Assembly: GCA_030390025.1 (NCBI GenBank)
Contig: CM059432.1
Location: 17,422,001-17,486,000 of the forward strand
Direction of reading: 5' to 3'
Length of the DNA stretch: 64,000 bases
Source: Squalus acanthias
Lineage: Eukaryota
Shown: positions 58,420-64,000 of the stretch, in pieces
How the letters are laid out: the number at the start of each line of letters is the position of its first letter
How positions within the stretch are numbered: the first letter of the stretch is position 1
The notes under the pieces: model-generated
The model's database searches: none
Told to the model about the DNA's origin: nothing
Seen by the model: only the letters and a program-made list of their open reading frames with translations
Position numbers and translations under genes: made by a program

Positions 58420-58850
58420 CATTACTTACAAACCAAAATGACGGGCAGGAAAAGACCACACTCATGATGGTTGGAGCATTATGACTGGACACTTCCTACC
58501 TCCCAGCCACCATGTAATGTCCTGGGAGAAGCAAAAAACTAGAAAAAGAAACCCAGGGGCAAAAAGAGAAAAATAATCTGGAAAATTCCTCTCCCACCCC
58601 CTCAGGCAGTCGAAACCAGTCCAGGAGACCACATTGACCATTAACTGTTAAATCACTTACCTTTTATAAGATGTGATCTCTGCCCCAGCCAGGAACCGGT
58701 CCTGCTCCCTTTTGAAGGCGTGTCGAGATTCAACATACACCGCACATGTATTCCAGAACTTCACCACTCCAGGAAAAGAAGAACTGCCTAACATCTAGCT
58801 TATTCCTACTCTTTAAGTGACTGACCCCTGGTTCTCCCCAATTTGTCAAA
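58420..58850 (-). mobile_element. Old CR1-like 3' fragment
   Basis: Degenerate CTGACCCCTGGTTCTCCC and GAAGAAGAAC motifs typical of CR1 3' ends. Confidence 0.45.
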
Positions 58851-59547
58851 CTATCGATAGGTATGCAATTCAATCTTTTACTTATTTTACATATCTAAAA
58901 CACTCAGCCAGATGAAGGGGGATTCCCAGAAAATGCAAGTCTGAATGTGCTAAAGTCATCATCCCGTCTACCCAAAGACAACTCCAGTGGCCATTTTATA
59001 TCTACACAGCTTTATAAAATTTTAGGTACATGTTTGAAGTTAATAAGTTAGAGTAAGTTTCACAAAATACATTCAACATTTTTCAGGCAAGCCACACACA
59101 CGCACACACACATCACCTGAGGTGAAGTTGTAAGAATGGAAAGATAGAGTAGACAGGCCTGTAAACACTACTGAAGTCACTGAAAACCACATTTCTGTTT
59201 TTACAAGGAAAACAAAGATTTTCTGCTGTATTTGGTTGAGGGCCAAGGGTTTGTGTCCTATATTATAAACCAATGAACCAAACATCAAGACTTTGTTTCT
59301 CTTTCCTTTGGTTGCCAACACCATATTGTCTTACAACTAATGGAACATAACCTAAACAAAAAAAAACCAGGCCTGCCATTCTTTTCTGGTAAAGGAGACC
59401 ATGAGTAAATTTCACCTTAACTGTATAAAATGACGTATTATGAAGATCAAGGCACAAAATGTAACACAAAGCAAAGTTAAGACAAAATTTTGAGACATGA
59501 AAGGCCTCATCTTCGTATTTGAACAGCAAAGATGTTCCATGTTCTGT

Positions 59548-60606
59548 TTATTGTTCGCTGTCCAGTGCAGGGCCATTCATCATCATGCTTGCGACTACCG
59601 ACTTTGCTGTGGATACTTTGGAGCTCTTCTGCATGCTGATTACATCGCCGCTGTTTTTTTCAGGCTCAGCCTTGACAAAGATGTTCTTCACGGTGGACTG
59701 GAAGTTGTTAGTGACAAAGCAGTAGACGATAGGGTCCAAGCAGCTGTTGAGGCTACTCAGGGTCACTGTGACGTGGTACACGATCAGGCTGATGTGAAGG
59801 GGCAGGTCTGGGTTGGCGTAGACCACAACCTGACGGACATGAAAGGGCGTGAAACAGATCATGAAGATAACCAGGACAGTGACCAGAAGCTGGACAGCTC
59901 GCATGCGCCTTTCCCTGCTCTGCTGCATCAGGTTTGGCTTGGCCAGGGCGCACATGATCCTAATGGTGAAGACTGTGATGATCACTAAAGGCAAAAAGTA
60001 CTCAAACACTGTCAGAGCGAAGAGCTTAGACAGACAACAAGAGGCGTACTTGATTGCTGTGGTGAGTATAGAGTAGGTGACAATAATGGCGAAGAGCCAG
60101 ATGAAAACGCAGATCCCTTTGGCATAGTGGGGGTTCCTCCACTTGCGTGACGCTTCCACTTGGACTATTGCCAGGTACCGGTCCACACAGATGCAGGTTA
60201 GGAACAGAATGCTGCAGTACATGTTCACAAAGTAGCTGAAAATGTGCACAAAAGAGCACGTCAGACATTCCCCACCACTGTAATACATTATTATCCTGGT
60301 TGGTAAGGAGAAACCCACCATCAAATCCGTGATTACCAGGTTTATAGTGTAGATGACAGACGTTGTTTTAGTCTTGGTACGAAAACAGAATACATACAAT
60401 GCAACACTGTTGAGTACGATGCCAACTACAAATATGAAGACGTTAATTATCATCAGGGCTAGCCACAGGCTGTAGTAATCATTGTACAGAGCTTCATCGA
60501 GGTGCGCTAGTTTATGCAGGTAGGGCTCCTTGTGGGAGTGAGTCCCGTTGGCACGGCTAGCCGTGGTCACATTGGCAAGATTTGGTTCAACTGTTGCAGT
60601 CTGCAT
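59548..60606 (-). CDS. GPR20: G protein-coupled receptor 20 (class A orphan GPCR), 352 aa, single coding exon
   Basis: Seven hydrophobic segments with VDRY, CFTP and DPIVY motifs. Strings SVIYTINL, SILFLTCICVDRYLAIV, RIMCAL, CFTPFH and VYHV.VTLSSLNSC.DPIVYCFVT match the recalled human GPR20 sequence. Confidence 0.95.
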   Translation of the reverse strand: MQTATVEPNLANVTTASRANGTHSHKEPYLHKLAHLDEALYNDYYSLWLALMIINVFIFVVGIVLNSVALYVFCFRTKTKTTSVIYTINLVITDLMVGFSLPTRIIMYYSGGECLTCSFVHIFSYFVNMYCSILFLTCICVDRYLAIVQVEASRKWRNPHYAKGICVFIWLFAIIVTYSILTTAIKYASCCLSKLFALTVFEYFLPLVIITVFTIRIMCALAKPNLMQQSRERRMRAVQLLVTVLVIFMICFTPFHVRQVVVYANPDLPLHISLIVYHVTVTLSSLNSCLDPIVYCFVTNNFQSTVKNIFVKAEPEKNSGDVISMQKSSKVSTAKSVVASMMMNGPALDSEQ

Positions 60607-60626
60607 GGCTGAACTATCGGGGCGAC

Positions 60627-60650
60627 CTGCAACAAGACAAAAAAATAATT
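60627..60650 (-). promoter_or_regulatory. Splice acceptor of the GPR20 5' UTR intron
   Basis: TTTTTTTGTCTTGTTGCAG|GTCGCCCCGATAGTTCAGCCATG, 20 nt upstream of the ATG. Confidence 0.8.
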
Positions 60651-61259
60651 TGAGTGCAACTAGTCAGTAATGGAATACACAGCTACGATCAGGAAGGCAG
60701 TGCCATCAACCCAGTAACCAGCACTCAGGGGCTCATTCTGACCATCGCCACCTGCGCAGTTAGTCCGCCCATTGTAGAACCGGCCTGATTTTCATTCCAT
60801 TGAGTGAGTTGGGTGGGCTCTCCAATGGGAAGGTGATGTGCTCCACCAGGTTACCACCCAGGTGGCAAATTTCAAAAATGACCCCCAATGTCCTCTTAAT
60901 GCATTTCCATTGTTCGGTATTAACTATCTAAACATCAAACTTTATCACAAACTTCAGAAAATTTCACACTAAAAATGAAACAGCATAAAACCTATAGACC
61001 CCTTTAACAGCATGAAATTCTATTTTCACACCATCACTGGAACCTCGTTGACAACTTGCCATCTAGTGCCAAATTATATGTTTAGTATCAGGCCCATTAG
61101 GAATTGGATTGCACCTGGCCAAATTTATTTTATGTAGTACGGCAACAGACAGAGAAAACCTTCATCCTATAAATCTGGGATGGATTCAAATCCATTCCCA
61201 GAGATAATGGGTAAGTGTACTTGTTGTCCCATAATGACATAAGTGTGGGATCGGTTTTC

Positions 61260-63305
61260 ATATTTCTACTGACAATAGCCATCTTTATCTCTCACCATCA
61301 ACCTTGCTTCCACAAATGTCACTGTGCTATCTGACTGTCTGTCCAACATCATGTCTCGGTGAGCCGAAGCTTGTAGTTCAACACTGGCCATCCTTTCTTG
61401 GTCTTCTCTAGAAACTCTGCATCTTAGCCTCTGACCCTACCTTCCTTACTCACGCCTGCTCAACATCACAGTGCGCAACCTTGCTGTCCTGCTCGACCCT
61501 GAGCTGAGCTTCAAATCTGGAAGTGATGAACGAGGGTTTCAGCTAGAATAGTAAAGTTGAGATAGGGACAGAAATGTTCAGTAGCTTGGAGGTGGAAGTA
61601 GGCGGCCTGGATAATGGACCAGGACCTCAGTCCATCCCAGAATGATGCACATCCAGTCCATCACCAAGCCTGCTTACTTTCACCATTGAAATATTGTTCT
61701 CTCTGTCTCCATGCTGAAACTTTCATTCATCGCTACGCCACTTCCAGGTTCAGCTTTTCCTCCACCCTCCCTGCTGACTTTCCAAGCTCCACTCCGCATT
61801 AATTTCAGCTTATCAGAACCCCACAGTCCATATCCTTTCCCACACAAAGTCCTGCTCACCTATCGTTCCTATGTTTGCTGACCTCCACTGGCTTATCATT
61901 ACTTCAGACTTCAGAATTCTCGTCCAAAAACCCCTTCGTAGCCTCGCTCTACCTACATCTCCAAGACCCTGCAGCCCCACTTACCCTGCTCGCTCCCTCC
62001 GCTTTTGGAACTCCTATTCTAGTCCGTTCCCTCCTCCCTTCATTGTATCATTAGGAGACAGTGAGTAGGGATAATGGGTATGTACTCAAATTGGCAGGAT
62101 GTGACTCATGGTGTCCACCAGGGATCTGTACTGGAGCCGCAGCTTTACACTGTATTTATAAATGACTTGTATGAAGGAATAGAGAGCCGAATATCTCAGT
62201 TTGTCGCCAGCACTAAGTTAGGTGGTGCAGTAAATAGTGTAGATAGAAGCAGAAGGTTGAAAAGGGAAATTGATAGATTAAGTGAGTGGGCAAAACTGCG
62301 GTAGAGGGAGTTCAATGTGAGAAAGTGTGAGGTCATACACTTTGGATCTAAGAAAGATAGGTCAGTGAAAAAGAAACCCAGGGGAGTTCCTAACTCAGAG
62401 AAGCTAGGAATGGTGGATGAGCAGAGAGATTTAGGGGCCCAAGTACATAAATCACAAAAAATTATTTAAAAGGCTAATGGAATGTTGGCCTTTATCTCAA
62501 GGGATCTGGAATACCAAGGGGGTGGAAGTTATGTTACAGCTGTACAGAGCTCTGGTGAGACCCCATCTGAGTACTGCGTTCAGTTCTGGGCATGGCACCT
62601 CAGGAAGGTGGCCTTGGAGGTGGGTACAGCGCAGATTCACCAGAATGATACCGGGGCTAAAAGTGTTAAATTATGAGGACAGGTTGCCCAGACTAGGCTT
62701 GTACTCCCTTGAATACAGAAGATTAAGGGGCGATCTAATTGTTTAGGACGATTAAAGGATTTGATAGGGTAGATAGAGAGAAACTATTTCCTCTGGTGGG
62801 AGAGTCCAGAACAAAAGGGCATAACCTTAAAATCAGAGCTAGTCCATTCAGGGATGATGTCAGGAAGCACATCTTCACACAAAGGGTACTGGAAATCTGG
62901 AACTCTCTCCCAAAAAGCTGTTGAGGCTGGGCCAATAGAAAATTTCAAAACTGAGATTGATAGATTTTTGTTAGGCAAGGATATTAAGGGTCACGGAACC
63001 CAGGCGAGTAAATGGAGTTAAGATACAGATCAGACATGATCTAATTGAATGGCAGAACAGGCTCGAGGGGCTGAATGGCCTCCTCCTGTTCCTATGTTCC
63101 TTCCTATGTTCCACTAAATCCCTCTGCCTTTTGACATCTTTCCCCACCTTCAAAAATCTCCGTAAAGTCTACCTCGTTGACTGTGTCTTTAGCCATCTCC
63201 CTTAATTGCCTTCCTACTTCTTGCTCAGATCTGACTCCCGACTGTGTAGTGCCTTCATATATCTTACTTATTATGTTAAAGGCTTGACATGGATACAAGT
63301 TTCTG
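61260..63305 (+). mobile_element. Old L2 LINE 3' region interrupted by the CR1 at 62055-63106
   Basis: GTGCGCAACCTTG..CTCGACCCTGAGCTGAGCTTC, GCTGACCTCCACTGGCT and a decayed TATGTTAAAGGC tail. Confidence 0.6.
62055..63106 (+). mobile_element. 5'-truncated CR1 (degenerate RT to 3' end)
   Basis: GVHQGSVLEPQL, QLYRALVRPHL, LYSLEYRRLRGDLI, RTKGHNLKI; TTCCTATG tail. Confidence 0.9.
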
Positions 63306-64000
63306 TTTTTGTAACTCACTCTGCCAGTCTCCTCAATGTAATGTCACAGTGCCCTATTGACCAGTGCTTGTGGCAGCTGGAAAAAAACCGTCTGTGCTCT
63401 GCAGCAGTTCATCCACAGGAATGATATAAGAGGACCGGAGGTTAGTGTCGGGACAGGATAAACAGAGGGGAGGGAACTGGAGAAAAATAACAATAATGAA
63501 TATTATGGTGTGTGAAGGAAAATAAAAATATAAGGATTGTTCCAAATCTTAAGGAATAATAACGGCGAGTTCACGCCGCCCGCCATTATTAATGAACAAT
63601 TCGGCCACTATCTTCAAGGGAAGAAGAGTTATGCCGTGAGTTGCAAATCTCCATAACTTTCTGGTCGATTTGCCATTTGCCTCGCATAAACAACAGCTCA
63701 CCCTCAGCCTGCCTGTTCTATTTAAGATTTGCACATTAATTTAAAATTGAAAATGTAATTTTTTTCTTGCTTTTCCTTTCTGTCTCTTTGTTTTCTCATT
63801 CTCTTAATCCAATCTTTCTTTCCCTCTCTTTATTTCTCTTTCTGTAATTCAGTAATTCTCTAATTCGCCTTCCTTCCCTGTCGTTCCTCGGTTTCTTTCG
63901 CTCTCCTTAAATCTAATTGGTTAAGGAGATCAACCAACATCACTAAAACTGATTATCCAGTCATTATCACATTGCTGTTTGCGGGAGCTTGCTGCGCACA

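Noticed and set aside
59497-59988. 163-aa ORF antisense to GPR20
   Set aside because: Shadow ORF of the coding strand with no independent evidence.

Overview
Repeat-dense vertebrate genomic DNA, most likely a shark or other cartilaginous fish judging by the CR1, L2, Deu-SINE, Penelope and Harbinger repertoire (inference). The only clear host gene is GPR20 (single coding exon, 59548-60606, minus strand). The rest is layered transposable elements: CR1 LINEs, including a near full-length copy with three nested insertions; tRNA-derived SINEs; PIF/Harbinger MITEs and a three-exon Harbinger Myb/SANT pseudogene; two minisatellites; a young Tx1 LINE fragment; and Penelope-type fragments carrying minimal hammerhead ribozymes. 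The most distinctive system is a retrovirus-like LTR family, present as one provirus (5507-~9890) and two solo LTRs with 4-bp TSDs. The provirus has a tRNA-Arg PBS, a CCHC Gag, a UGA-CUAG readthrough junction and an in-frame, internally deleted 'mini-Pol', and the three LTRs are mosaics of each other. A ~620-bp inverted duplication flanks a local inversion at 16014-19030. Repeat boundaries are read by eye and approximate unless a TSD or TIR is quoted; family names come from recall, not from a search.
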